Under the pieces are notes generated by a model. The model was given only the letters and a program-made list of their open reading frames with translations, did no database searches and was not told where the DNA came from. Positions 42,084 to 51,212 of a DNA stretch of 64,000 nucleotides are shown one piece after another (the first letter of the stretch is position 1; every line of letters starts with the position of its first letter). The position numbers and the translations under genes are program-made. This DNA is from an uncultured virus (IMG/VR IMGVR_UViG_3300002097_000869). Taxonomy: Duplodnaviria; Heunggongvirae; Uroviricota; Caudoviricetes. The stretch is taken from positions 1 through 64,000 of IMG/VR virus record IMGVR_UViG_3300002097_000869, one strand, 5' to 3'.

Positions 42084-43122
42084 AAAGAAAGAAGCAACAG
42101 AAACTGTAGATATAGTTGAAGAAACCAAGAAGAATAAAAACAGTGCATTAGATTTAGCGTTTAATCAGATAAATAAAAAGCACGGTAGTGTTCTAAAATG
42201 GCTTAGTGATGTTCCCTCCGGTTACGAATTTATTTCTACTGGGTCTATTTCTATGGATCATGCTTTGGGAGGAGGTTTTCCTAGGGGTCGTATGATAGAA
42301 ATATTTGGGGAGGAGTCTACAGGAAAGAGTACTGTGGCACTAGGTGCCTCAGCTTGTGCAAATAGAATGGGCTTGAAGGTTCTTTACATAGATTGTGAAA
42401 GGGCCATAGATAGAAAATTGGTAGCCGGTTATGGAGTTGATCCTTCTATGTTTTTACTAGACAATGTTTCTTTGTCTATGGAAGAACATTTTGATGTTGT
42501 ATATGGATTATTGGGCACCGGTGAGATAGGGATGGTGGTTGTAGATAGTGTCCCTAGTCTTATACCAAAAGCTGAGCTTGCGGGTGACGCTGGGGATTCA
42601 CATGTAGGGTTGCAGGCTCGGTTTTTGAGCCAGGAGTGTCGCAGAATTGTTAATATGATAGGGGAGTCTAATACTCTGTTTATTTTCATAAATCAGCTGC
42701 GCGAAAAAGTAATGGCTTATGGTGATCCTAGAGTTACTCCTGGGGGTAAGGCTATAAAATTTTATAGCACTCATAGGGTTAGTGTTGATGGGAGTGGCAA
42801 AACCAAGAGTGCCAGAATATTAGATGACAAGGGTGTTCTTATAGGTCATAAAATGTCCTATCAGGTTGTAAAAAACAAAATTAGTGCTCCCTTTAGGTCT
42901 GGTTCTGTTGACTTAATTTATGGTAAAGGGTTTGATAAGACTTCCGAGTTGGTTGATTTGTCAACGGATTTAGGTATAATACAGCTTGGTGGGGCTTGGT
43001 ATACTATACCGGAGGTTGGAGAGAAAATACAGGGTCGTGACAGTGTAAAAGCCTATTTTGATAGTAATCCGGACTTTATGGCCCGAGTTGAGAAACAGAT
43101 CCGCGAAATGCTTGCCTTATGA
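42076..43122 (+). CDS. recA: RecA/UvsX recombinase
   Basis: ISTGSISMDHALGGGFPRGRMIEIFGEESTGKS (Walker A); VVVDSV; FINQLREK; TPGGKAIKFYS; VVKNKISAPF; GAWY. Confidence 0.95.
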   Translation: MGRKKEATETVDIVEETKKNKNSALDLAFNQINKKHGSVLKWLSDVPSGYEFISTGSISMDHALGGGFPRGRMIEIFGEESTGKSTVALGASACANRMGLKVLYIDCERAIDRKLVAGYGVDPSMFLLDNVSLSMEEHFDVVYGLLGTGEIGMVVVDSVPSLIPKAELAGDAGDSHVGLQARFLSQECRRIVNMIGESNTLFIFINQLREKVMAYGDPRVTPGGKAIKFYSTHRVSVDGSGKTKSARILDDKGVLIGHKMSYQVVKNKISAPFRSGSVDLIYGKGFDKTSELVDLSTDLGIIQLGGAWYTIPEVGEKIQGRDSVKAYFDSNPDFMARVEKQIREMLAL

Positions 43123-43463
43123 GTTTAGTAGCAGATAAAGTGCATGAGCTTCTTATTGGTGCTTTCCCTTTTGCTCGTATTGTTAAAGAATATTCAATTG
43201 AATATAAGGGAAAAAGAATGTTTGTAGATTTTTTCTTACCTTCATATTCTATAGCCGTGGAGGTACATGGTCAACAGCATGACAAGTTTGTTCAACATTT
43301 TCATGTTGACGAGGCGGGGTGGAGAAACCATCGCTATAGAGACAGAGCTAAAGAAGAGTGGGCCTCTTTAAATAATATAACTTTGGTTATTATACATGAG
43401 AATGAGGTACCAAAAACTAAGGAAGGTCTTATAGGACTAATTGAGGAGGTTTGTTATGGTTGA
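43119..43463 (+). CDS. Small Vsr/DUF559-like PD-(D/E)XK endonuclease
   Basis: KEY...FVDFFLP..SIAVEVHGQQH...DRAKEEWA...I.LVII. Confidence 0.7.
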   Translation: MSLVADKVHELLIGAFPFARIVKEYSIEYKGKRMFVDFFLPSYSIAVEVHGQQHDKFVQHFHVDEAGWRNHRYRDRAKEEWASLNNITLVIIHENEVPKTKEGLIGLIEEVCYG

Positions 43464-43929
43464 TGACTTATGGAGTGAGCTTGGTATTTTTTCTGAAAAA
43501 TTTATGTTTAATAGGGTTACTCCTAATAGCACATTACTAGAGGAGGTTCTTTCTTTGGATGCTGCTCGATTGGATACTGTAGAGGCTACTACATTAAGAA
43601 AATATATTGTTGTATTAGCCCAGTATTTTATTACATTGCAGTTCGAAGAAAACTCTGTTGTGGCTGTTGGAAATGCGTGGAGAAATTCCTTGGAGTCTCG
43701 CATTTTTAGTGTTCTTAGACAGGATCCTTTGGGTAAAATAAAAACTGTTGCCGAGAAACGAGGTTTTATTATAGAGACAGACGAGGAGGCTGGACAGTTA
43801 GAGCAACAGGGTAGGGTAGCTGACGCAAAGAGGGACCTTATAAAAGGGATGTCAAAGCCGGTAGAGCAGTATATACAGGTTCTAAAGAAAGAAATAGAGG
43901 CTAGGGAAAATGAGAAAACTAGAGGATAG
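43456..43929 (+). CDS. Helical hypothetical protein (possible UvsY-like recombination mediator)
   Basis: GAGGAGG SD at 43443-43449 supports ATG 43456. Coiled-coil character; located between recA and dnaB. Confidence 0.4.
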   Translation: MVDDLWSELGIFSEKFMFNRVTPNSTLLEEVLSLDAARLDTVEATTLRKYIVVLAQYFITLQFEENSVVAVGNAWRNSLESRIFSVLRQDPLGKIKTVAEKRGFIIETDEEAGQLEQQGRVADAKRDLIKGMSKPVEQYIQVLKKEIEARENEKTRG

Positions 43930-45340
43930 TATTTCAGTAAATGTGCCTTCAGCCGATTGGTATTCAAAGCCAGCGGCTGAGAGAGCTTTGCTATCTTTAT
44001 GCTTACAAAATTATTCAACTTTTATTGATGTTTCCTCAAAACTTTTTCATGAGGATTTTCTGGACCCAGGAAACCGTGCTTTATTTATAACTATGTTATC
44101 TGTGCATTCTTTGGGTACAGAAGAGTTCGATTTGCCTACTGTTATTTCTTTTGCTGAGAATATGGGCGTTTTAGAAGATATAGGGGGCTATAAATATATA
44201 GACGCTCTTTTTAGGTCAGAGATTAGTCAGTCAAATTTAGAGGTGTATGTAAAACAAGTTCTAGATGCCTCTTTGTTATTTAAGCTGGAGAGGGTCTTAA
44301 GATTGAATGTTGAGTCTGTAAAAACTAGTGTTTCTGAAAATAAGACGGCTTCTGAGGTTATGTCGTCTGTGGAAAACCAGATTTTGAATCTTTCTTTGGA
44401 TACATTAAAGGTTGATGATGGACAAGATTTGGTAGCTGGTCTGGAGGAAAGGTTAAAAGAATTTGAATCAAACCCAGCCGCTGTTAGAGGTATAAGGTGT
44501 GGTTTCGAAGTACTGGACCGCACTATAAACGGGTTTAAGCCAGGGACTTTATCAATTTTGGCCGCGCGGCCAAAAACAGGAAAAAGTACATTGTTATTAA
44601 ATTGGGGTATACATATTTGTTTACATGAAAAACTTCCTGTATTATATTTAGATACAGAAATGAGTAAAGAAGAACAACAGACAAGAGCTTTATCAATCAT
44701 ATCAGGTGTTCCTGAACGTGTAATACTTAATGGGCTTTACATTAATGACGAGAATGTTATGAAGTCTGTATACTATGGTGTAGAAATAATGAATAAAATG
44801 AAATTTATCCATAAATACACACCAGGGTATAGAATAGAAGAACTTAAGGGCTTAATACGGAAGTATAAAGCTAAAAATAATATAGGTGTATTTATATATG
44901 ATTACATCAAAATGACAGATATGGAAGATAAGTTTAACGAAACCCAAACTCTTGGATATATAACAAGTGGTTTGAAGGACACGGCGGGTATATTGGGTAT
45001 AGCTGGAATATCTGCGGTGCAATTAAACCGTGGGGCTGAGGGGAAATCATTGGTTGGTTCCGGGGACATTGCCGATTCGGATAAAATTTTGAGATATTGT
45101 TCTACATTGATGGCTATGAGTAGAAAAACAAGGGCAGAAATAGATAAAGAGGGGGGTAGAAGTGGGACACATCGTTTACAAATTCTTGACAGCAGAGGCA
45201 GCAGAAGCTTATATAGTGGTATAGACTTGGAAGTTAATTTTCCCACATTGACAATAAAAGAAGCCAGAGCACAGTCTTCAGCTGCATTTTTGGAACAAAA
45301 ACAACTTGAGGAAGAAGTTACAAAATTAGGAGGAAGATAG
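43910..45340 (+). CDS. dnaB: Replicative DNA helicase
   Basis: AERALLSLCL N-terminal domain; GIRCGFEVLDRTINGF; AARPKTGKS Walker A; DTEMS; YDYIK; AVQLNR; IADSD. Confidence 0.92.
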   Translation: MRKLEDSISVNVPSADWYSKPAAERALLSLCLQNYSTFIDVSSKLFHEDFLDPGNRALFITMLSVHSLGTEEFDLPTVISFAENMGVLEDIGGYKYIDALFRSEISQSNLEVYVKQVLDASLLFKLERVLRLNVESVKTSVSENKTASEVMSSVENQILNLSLDTLKVDDGQDLVAGLEERLKEFESNPAAVRGIRCGFEVLDRTINGFKPGTLSILAARPKTGKSTLLLNWGIHICLHEKLPVLYLDTEMSKEEQQTRALSIISGVPERVILNGLYINDENVMKSVYYGVEIMNKMKFIHKYTPGYRIEELKGLIRKYKAKNNIGVFIYDYIKMTDMEDKFNETQTLGYITSGLKDTAGILGIAGISAVQLNRGAEGKSLVGSGDIADSDKILRYCSTLMAMSRKTRAEIDKEGGRSGTHRLQILDSRGSRSLYSGIDLEVNFPTLTIKEARAQSSAAFLEQKQLEEEVTKLGGR

Positions 45341-45751
45341 ATGTCAACATTAGTTACTGTTCTTATTGCTCTAGGGATTGTTTTAGTGGTTGGTTTTCTT
45401 GTTTTTGTGATTTATAAGTGGGGAGCTAAAAATCCCGTTGTAGCCGGTGGTGTTTTAGGACTATTATCAGCGGTATCCTTCTATTTGAGGGGCATGTTTA
45501 AGGACGACCCAGATAAGTTGGATGCTCATGATTTTATGGTGTTATTCGATTTACTTTCTAAGGTGGGGTTAGAGGCACTTAAGCTTAAGAAGGAGGGAAA
45601 GCCCTTTGTTGAAGCTAAGGAACTTATTACAGAAAAAGTAAAGGAGGTTGTTGAGACCGTTCCTGCGTTTAGAAACAAAGTACCAGATGAAACAGTAGAC
45701 AGTATTGCCAAAGTAATTTTTGATGTTCTTGGTTATGTGCCAGGAGTTTAA
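45341..45751 (+). CDS. Membrane protein with two predicted N-terminal TM helices
   Basis: Hydrophobic stretches LVTVLIALGIVLVVGFLVFVIY and VVAGGVLGLLSAVSFYL; AGGAGG SD upstream. Confidence 0.6.
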   Translation: MSTLVTVLIALGIVLVVGFLVFVIYKWGAKNPVVAGGVLGLLSAVSFYLRGMFKDDPDKLDAHDFMVLFDLLSKVGLEALKLKKEGKPFVEAKELITEKVKEVVETVPAFRNKVPDETVDSIAKVIFDVLGYVPGV

Positions 45752-45789
45752 TCTCTTATTTTCGCGGCGAAAGCCGCACAAGAGGTAAA

Positions 45790-46818
45790 ATGGATACTTT
45801 AACATTAGAAAAGATAAAGGCTAGTGTGGACCCAGATACTTTATTATTGAGTCTTGGGTTTGTGGCCCATTATTCCAATGAGACGGAAATACGGTGTGCT
45901 TGTATTTTGCATGGAGGAGATAATAAAACAGCTTTTTGTTTCAAAAAAGAGTCGAAGAGATTTTGTTGTTACACACACGGGTGTGAGCTGGATTCTACGG
46001 GAAGACTGGACAATGATGTTGTCGCGCTGGTAATGAAGACAAATAAATGCTCTTTTGTAGAGGCAATAAAGTATCTTAGTATGTTGACGGGTATTTCTAT
46101 TGATAATTCTTCTCACCAAGATGAGGACATACTTAAACATAAAAAGAAGCTAGAAAAAGACAGCTTCATACGGTTCATGGAAGATGACACTACCGTGCAG
46201 GAAATACCAGAAAGTATTATGGAAAAGTACGAAAAAAATGGTGCAGAATATTTTTATGGGCTGGGAATATCTGAGGATATTATAAGTAAGTATCGTTTAG
46301 GGTCTGGGTATGATAGTAAAGGGGTACATAGAGGAATGATCCCTATATTGGACGAACACGGAAGGCTAGTGGGTGTTAGTGGAAGGCGAACAGACAATGA
46401 AAAAGCCTCTAAATACTTATTAATGGAGAAATTTCAAAAAAGAAAAATACTTTATAATTTAAATAATGCATTAGAGTTTACAAATAAATACAAACAATCT
46501 ATAATAATAGTAGAAGGATTCAAGGTTTGTTGGCATGTTTCTTCATCTGGGTTTCCAAATGTTGTTGCTATAATGGGTAAGTCAATAAGGCCAGAACAAG
46601 TTAACTTGTTAGTTAAATATGGAATATTTAATGTTATATTATTATTGGATGGGGATGATGAAGGAAAAAAAGGGATGGAGGTCTCAAGAAAACTGTTGGA
46701 CAGAGGGAAGATAAATGTACTACCAATTTATTTACCTGATAAAAAATCACCGGATGATTTTTCTTGTGAAGAAATTAGTAGTTTGATCTCAATGTTTTTG
46801 GATTCTATAGGAGGCTAG
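45790..46818 (+). CDS. dnaG: DNA primase (CHC2 zinc finger + TOPRIM)
   Basis: CILHGGDN..AF...FCCYTHGC; IPILDEHGRLVGVSGR; KYL; IIVEGF; LLLDGDDEG; SPDD. Confidence 0.9.
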   Translation: MDTLTLEKIKASVDPDTLLLSLGFVAHYSNETEIRCACILHGGDNKTAFCFKKESKRFCCYTHGCELDSTGRLDNDVVALVMKTNKCSFVEAIKYLSMLTGISIDNSSHQDEDILKHKKKLEKDSFIRFMEDDTTVQEIPESIMEKYEKNGAEYFYGLGISEDIISKYRLGSGYDSKGVHRGMIPILDEHGRLVGVSGRRTDNEKASKYLLMEKFQKRKILYNLNNALEFTNKYKQSIIIVEGFKVCWHVSSSGFPNVVAIMGKSIRPEQVNLLVKYGIFNVILLLDGDDEGKKGMEVSRKLLDRGKINVLPIYLPDKKSPDDFSCEEISSLISMFLDSIGG

Positions 46819-46820
46819 TT

Positions 46821-47156
46821 ATGGAAGGTTTAAATTACGTTCGTATGAGGGGTTTTTTGAGGAGACCAAAGGCGGGTTTTACGCCCACCGGGTATTCAAA
46901 GTTTAGTGCTTCTTTAGCGGTCCCTGTTACGTATAAGAAAGGCGGAGAAGAGGTTAGTTCTCTTATATACCATAATGTAAGCGCGTGGGGGGATACGGCC
47001 GAGGCTCTGGCGGAGCTGGCGGAGGAAACCCCTCTCGAGATAGAGGGACACATTAATAGCCGTTCGTATGATTCTCCTTGTAAATCGTGTGGTGCTGTTG
47101 AAAAGAAATACTGGGTTGAGATTCAGGTTGGTAATTTCACTATTGTCTTTGACTAG
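46821..47156 (+). CDS. ssb: Single-stranded DNA-binding protein (OB fold), with a CxxC insert and no acidic tail
   Basis: LNYVRMRGFL...FSASLAV...YHNVSAWGDTAE...LEIEGHINSRSY...KKYWVEIQV. Confidence 0.8.
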   Translation: MEGLNYVRMRGFLRRPKAGFTPTGYSKFSASLAVPVTYKKGGEEVSSLIYHNVSAWGDTAEALAELAEETPLEIEGHINSRSYDSPCKSCGAVEKKYWVEIQVGNFTIVFD

Positions 47157-47166
47157 GAGACTCGAG

Positions 47167-47502
47167 ATGAATGATATTTTGTTTGGTGTCGCTGGGCCTG
47201 TTTTTATGAAGGCAGCAAGGTATAAGAGGGAGCACGTTAGTGGCCCCCACGCGTTAGAGGTTTGCTTGGATAAGATGTCGAACACAGTAATAGATAAAAC
47301 TATAGAAAACGATGTTCGTATTGACTTTTCTTTGCTGGTTCGTTTACTTTTTGATCAAGTTAAGTATCCAGATCTAAAAGAAGGGGAATACTTTGTAATT
47401 AGTGGACTATTGTTGGAGGATAATTTCGGGTCAGTAACTATAGTTGGTAATGTAGTAAAGCTTTTGGAGGAGGGTTTTTATGTTAACAAAACAGACGATT
47501 GA
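47167..47502 (+). CDS. Hypothetical protein
   Basis: AGGAGA SD just after the ssb stop supports ATG 47167 rather than 47068. Confidence 0.55.
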   Translation: MNDILFGVAGPVFMKAARYKREHVSGPHALEVCLDKMSNTVIDKTIENDVRIDFSLLVRLLFDQVKYPDLKEGEYFVISGLLLEDNFGSVTIVGNVVKLLEEGFYVNKTDD

Positions 47503-47668
47503 TTTTGATGTTTCAGTAAGTCATCTTACTGCTTTTTATGATTCTGACGTTACGTGTCCTTTTTGTGACAGCACCTATATTTCTTTGTTCGATAATGGGG
47601 GGACAGTTGAGTACATTTGCCCCGAGTGTGGAAATGTTTGGGTTGTTCTTGGTGCTGGTGAGGAATAA
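47480..47668 (+). CDS. Small zinc-ribbon protein
   Basis: CPFC...YICPECGNVW; GGAG upstream. Confidence 0.6.
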   Translation: MLTKQTIDFDVSVSHLTAFYDSDVTCPFCDSTYISLFDNGGTVEYICPECGNVWVVLGAGEE

Positions 47669-47674
47669 TAGCTC

Positions 47675-48511
47675 GTGGTTGTTAAATCAGGAATATATTG
47701 CATTTGTAATTTAATTAATGGGAAAATATACATTGGGTCAACTATAGATTTTGAGGCGAGATGGCACGAGCACAAAAGGCAACTAAATAAAGGTAGTCAT
47801 CACTCTTTACATCTACAGAACGCTTGGAACAAATATGGTGAGGGTAACTTCTATTTTGGTGTTTTGGAGGACGTAATAGATAAGTGTGAACTTATTACCG
47901 TGGAACAGCGTTGGATAGATGAGCTACATCCTGAATATAATATTTGTCCTACAGCGGGTAATACTCGTGGGCGGGAAGTTTTAGAGAAAACTAGGCAGAA
48001 GATATCTAAGTCTAATAAGGGAAAGCTTTTAGGGGAGAAAAACCCAATGTATGGTAGGACAGGTGAGAAACACCCAATGTACGGTTGCACAGGTGAGAAA
48101 AACCCAATGTACGGTCGTACAGGTGAAAGTAGCCCAAATTTTGGTAAACCACGTCCAGAAGAAACCAAACGGAGGATATCTAAGTCTAATAAGGGAAAGC
48201 TTTTAGGGGAGAATCACCCGCTGTTTGGCCGTACAGGAAAGGATAGCCCTAATTATGGTAAACATCGTACAGAAGAATACAAGCGTAAGCGGTCTGAGTC
48301 CCTAATGGGTAAGAATAACCCTATGTGGGGACGCACAGGGGTGAAGAGCCCATGCTATAAACGGGCTAAATGTTGGTCTTACAATGGAAAATCCCAACCG
48401 TTGTCCGACTGGTCCAGAGAATATAATATAGACCAAACAACACTAGCTTCTCGTGTAAAAAAGTTGGGTTGGTCCCTTGAGAGGGCCCTCCTAACACCGG
48501 TGAAAAAATGA
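47675..48511 (+). CDS. GIY-YIG homing endonuclease with NUMOD3-type repeats and C-terminal HTH-like domain
   Basis: [19 protein letters not shown]...RW..H...LQNAWNKYG...EQRWID...YN; repeated GEKNPMYG. Confidence 0.9.
   Translation: MVVKSGIYCICNLINGKIYIGSTIDFEARWHEHKRQLNKGSHHSLHLQNAWNKYGEGNFYFGVLEDVIDKCELITVEQRWIDELHPEYNICPTAGNTRGREVLEKTRQKISKSNKGKLLGEKNPMYGRTGEKHPMYGCTGEKNPMYGRTGESSPNFGKPRPEETKRRISKSNKGKLLGENHPLFGRTGKDSPNYGKHRTEEYKRKRSESLMGKNNPMWGRTGVKSPCYKRAKCWSYNGKSQPLSDWSREYNIDQTTLASRVKKLGWSLERALLTPVKK
48001..48213. repeat. Internal repeats in the GIY-YIG gene: 39-bp exact direct repeat and three 30-bp tandem units
   Basis: gatatctaagtctaataagggaaagcttttaggggagaa at 48001-48039 and 48175-48213; 30-bp units at 48031-48120 encode GEK(N/H)PMYG(R/C)T. 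Confidence 0.85.
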
Positions 48512-49344
48512 CTTTTTATGATGTGTTAGGCGCGTCTAAAGAGGCCTCAGAAGATGAGATAAAAAAAGCCTATAGAAAGAAAGCTAAGGAAACCCATCCA
48601 GATATAAATAAGGATGACCCAGAAGCTGAAGAGAAGTTTAAGAAGGTTTCTGAGGCTTATGGGGTTTTAGGAGACTCTGAAAAACGACAACAGTATGATT
48701 TTTCATTAGAAAACCCTGGTTTTAATGGGGGACCTGGATTTAATTCCTGGACTAGTACTAATTTTGATGATATTTTTGGTGCACATTTTGGATTTGGTGC
48801 TAGTGGTCCCAGACAAAGACCAAAACCAAATCCTAAGGTAGTAGCTCGTGGGAAGGATGTAAGAATTAAGTATGACACTACTCTTTACTCAGCAATATTT
48901 GGTGGAGAGTTTTCTGGTAGGTTAAAATTTGACTCTGGATGTCCAAATTGTGCGGGGTATGGCTATCTTAAGTATGATACCCCGTGCAGTACTTGTGGGG
49001 GCTCAGGCCAGCAGTTTATATCCCATGGTATGCTTCGTATGAGTCAGCCTTGCTCTTCTTGTAGAGGCCTTGGGTTGGCTCCTAGTGAACAGTGTCCTGA
49101 GTGTTCTGGTTCTGGTAAGTGTAGTAATGAGTTTGAATACTTTGTTACTATTCCAAGAGGGTTTGTATATTCCAATAATGAAAATGGTGGTGTTATTATA
49201 GTAGAAGGTAAGGGGGCACCAGGAATTAACGGCGGGGAAAAAGGAAATTTAATAATAATAACAAATATTTTAACCCCAAAAATAAATTTAGAACAGATAA
49301 CAGAAGAAGAAAAGGAAATACTCAAAAAGTATATAGATAATTAA
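48508..49344 (+). CDS. dnaJ: DnaJ-family co-chaperone (J domain, G/F region, four CxxCxGxG repeats, shortened C-terminus)
   Basis: FYDVLG...[16 protein letters not shown]...[44 protein letters not shown]. Confidence 0.9.
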   Translation: MTFYDVLGASKEASEDEIKKAYRKKAKETHPDINKDDPEAEEKFKKVSEAYGVLGDSEKRQQYDFSLENPGFNGGPGFNSWTSTNFDDIFGAHFGFGASGPRQRPKPNPKVVARGKDVRIKYDTTLYSAIFGGEFSGRLKFDSGCPNCAGYGYLKYDTPCSTCGGSGQQFISHGMLRMSQPCSSCRGLGLAPSEQCPECSGSGKCSNEFEYFVTIPRGFVYSNNENGGVIIVEGKGAPGINGGEKGNLIIITNILTPKINLEQITEEEKEILKKYIDN

Positions 49345-49348
49345 AAAA

Positions 49349-49825
49349 ATGTCAAGAATATTAGGATTAGATGTATCTTCATCCAGTACCGGTTGGGCAC
49401 TTACAATAAATAATAGATTTTATTTAAAAGAAGAATGTTATTATGGTATAATAAGTCCAGAAAAGAATTTAACTCTTGCCGAAAAACTAGAATTTTTTAG
49501 GGTTAAATTAATAGAAATTTTAGATAAAACTAAACCAGATATAGTAATAATAGAAGACGTGTTTTTACAGCGTAATGTTAGTACTCTTAAACTATTATCT
49601 AGATTTTCTGGTGTGGCTATAGAAGCAGTAAAATCTAATTCAAAAATAGAACCACAACTTCAAACAGTAAAAAAAATACGTTCCAAAGTAGGAACACAAG
49701 ACAAAAAATCAACATATACATTTGTTGTAGAAAGGTTCAAGCTTCCGTGGAAAAAAGAAGACTTTAATAAGCGTAATGATATAACTGACGCACTGGCTCT
49801 GTGCTTGTTTGTAACTACAAAATAG
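49349..49825 (+). CDS. ruvC: RuvC-like Holliday junction resolvase
   Basis: ILGLDVSSSSTGWA; PDIVIIEDVF; NDITDALAL. Confidence 0.85.
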   Translation: MSRILGLDVSSSSTGWALTINNRFYLKEECYYGIISPEKNLTLAEKLEFFRVKLIEILDKTKPDIVIIEDVFLQRNVSTLKLLSRFSGVAIEAVKSNSKIEPQLQTVKKIRSKVGTQDKKSTYTFVVERFKLPWKKEDFNKRNDITDALALCLFVTTK

Positions 49826-49836
49826 GAGTTTAAAAA

Positions 49837-51015
49837 ATGCAAAATCGATCTGTGTCTGCTACCGCCATGAAATTGTTTCTCCAATGTTTACAAAAGTTTT
49901 ATTTTAAGTATTATTCAGATAAAGCTCCCCTAGTCTCTAGGGATTCTATGGCTTTTGGGTCAGCAGTTCACGAAGCCCTGGAACAGATGTATAAAAGACT
50001 AGGAAACCAAGGAAGGCTTCCTAATCAGGATGACTACGATTACGTAATAGATGTTTTTATGAAATCGGCAGTTCAAAATCACCTTTCGGACCAATCTCTC
50101 TATGATGAAGGTCGGTTGATGTTGAAGAGCCGGTTGGACAAGTTTGATCCTAGCGAAAAAGTAATTGGTTTGGAGGTAATCTTTGGTAGACCTTATGAGA
50201 ATCCTGAGGTACCTGTCTCTACCAAAAAAGGTACCCCACTTTTGGGAGCCATAGATAAACTTATAGAATTAGATAAAGATACTATAGTAATATTGGATTA
50301 TAAAACTAGTCGTATGGCATTTACCCAAGAGGAAGCCGATCATGACGAGCAGCTTTCCCTGTATGATTTGGTGGTTAGTATCCTGTACCCCCAATACAAA
50401 AATAGGATACTTGTTCTAGATTATTTACGATTAGAGCCTGTTATTACACATAGAACCTCGGTACAGAGAGTTTCGTTTGAAAGTCAGTTAGATTGCATCT
50501 ATGAGGAAATTAAACAGCTATCATTTGAGAAGGTTAAGCCTTCTATTAATGAGTTCTGTGGGTGGTGTGAGTATAAGAATTATTGTGCTGCTTTCCAGAA
50601 GGTAGTATCTGACCCCGACTTATTAATAAAGCCTTATGGTGTGTGCTCTGATCAGGAGCTTATAGAAGAATGGGAAAACTTCGGCAAGATAAAACGAATC
50701 ATAGACTCTCACGATAGGGATTTAAAAATGCATATTTCAAAGACTGCCATGGATAGAGATTCTTCCGGTATTTCTGGTGACGAAAAAGAACTGTACAGAG
50801 TCCAAAACAGTCGTGTGTCATACAATACGCAGGCTGTAGCTAAAGTTATCCCGCTAGAAGACTGTTTGCAGTTCTTTTCCGTAAATACTAAGGGTTTAGA
50901 GCGGTTTTTAGTGGATCACCCAGAGTATTCAGAGGAAGTCTTAAATAGTGCCGAAGTTTCTTTTAACAATTCCTTTTTTAAGTTGAGGGGAAAAAGGACT
51001 TCTTCGAGAAAGTAA
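49837..51015 (+). CDS. Cas4/RecB-like PD-(D/E)XK exonuclease with predicted 4-Cys cluster
   Basis: SATAMKLFLQC; GSAVHEALE; GAIDKL; ILDYKT; QLSLY; CGWCEYKNYC. Confidence 0.85.
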   Translation: MQNRSVSATAMKLFLQCLQKFYFKYYSDKAPLVSRDSMAFGSAVHEALEQMYKRLGNQGRLPNQDDYDYVIDVFMKSAVQNHLSDQSLYDEGRLMLKSRLDKFDPSEKVIGLEVIFGRPYENPEVPVSTKKGTPLLGAIDKLIELDKDTIVILDYKTSRMAFTQEEADHDEQLSLYDLVVSILYPQYKNRILVLDYLRLEPVITHRTSVQRVSFESQLDCIYEEIKQLSFEKVKPSINEFCGWCEYKNYCAAFQKVVSDPDLLIKPYGVCSDQELIEEWENFGKIKRIIDSHDRDLKMHISKTAMDRDSSGISGDEKELYRVQNSRVSYNTQAVAKVIPLEDCLQFFSVNTKGLERFLVDHPEYSEEVLNSAEVSFNNSFFKLRGKRTSSRK

Positions 51016-51017
51016 AA

Positions 51018-51212
51018 ATGGTTGAAAAGAAAGAAAAAAAATATCAAATATATAAAGAAGGTGTGTTTGTCGGACTTCAACTTCTAGATGGGACAAAGGT
51101 TTTTGGTATAATTGATACTTTTGACAATTACTTCTTATATATAGACGATGGAATAACTATCATTGATGTACCACGGGACATAGTGAGAAGAATTTTTGCG
51201 GTTGTAAAGTAA
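51018..51212 (+). CDS. Small Sm/Hfq-like fold protein (64 aa)
   Basis: VGLQLLDGTKVFGIIDTFDNYFLYI resembles the Hfq Sm1 motif ([25 protein letters not shown]). Confidence 0.55.
   Translation: MVEKKEKKYQIYKEGVFVGLQLLDGTKVFGIIDTFDNYFLYIDDGITIIDVPRDIVRRIFAVVK

Noticed and set aside
48031..48130. 30-bp tandem repeats as a CRISPR array
   Set aside because: No spacers; the repeats are in-frame coding units of the GIY-YIG protein.
49837..51015. CRISPR-Cas system suggested by the Cas4-like gene
   Set aside because: No repeat-spacer array or other cas genes seen; solo Cas4-like nucleases are common in phage replication modules.
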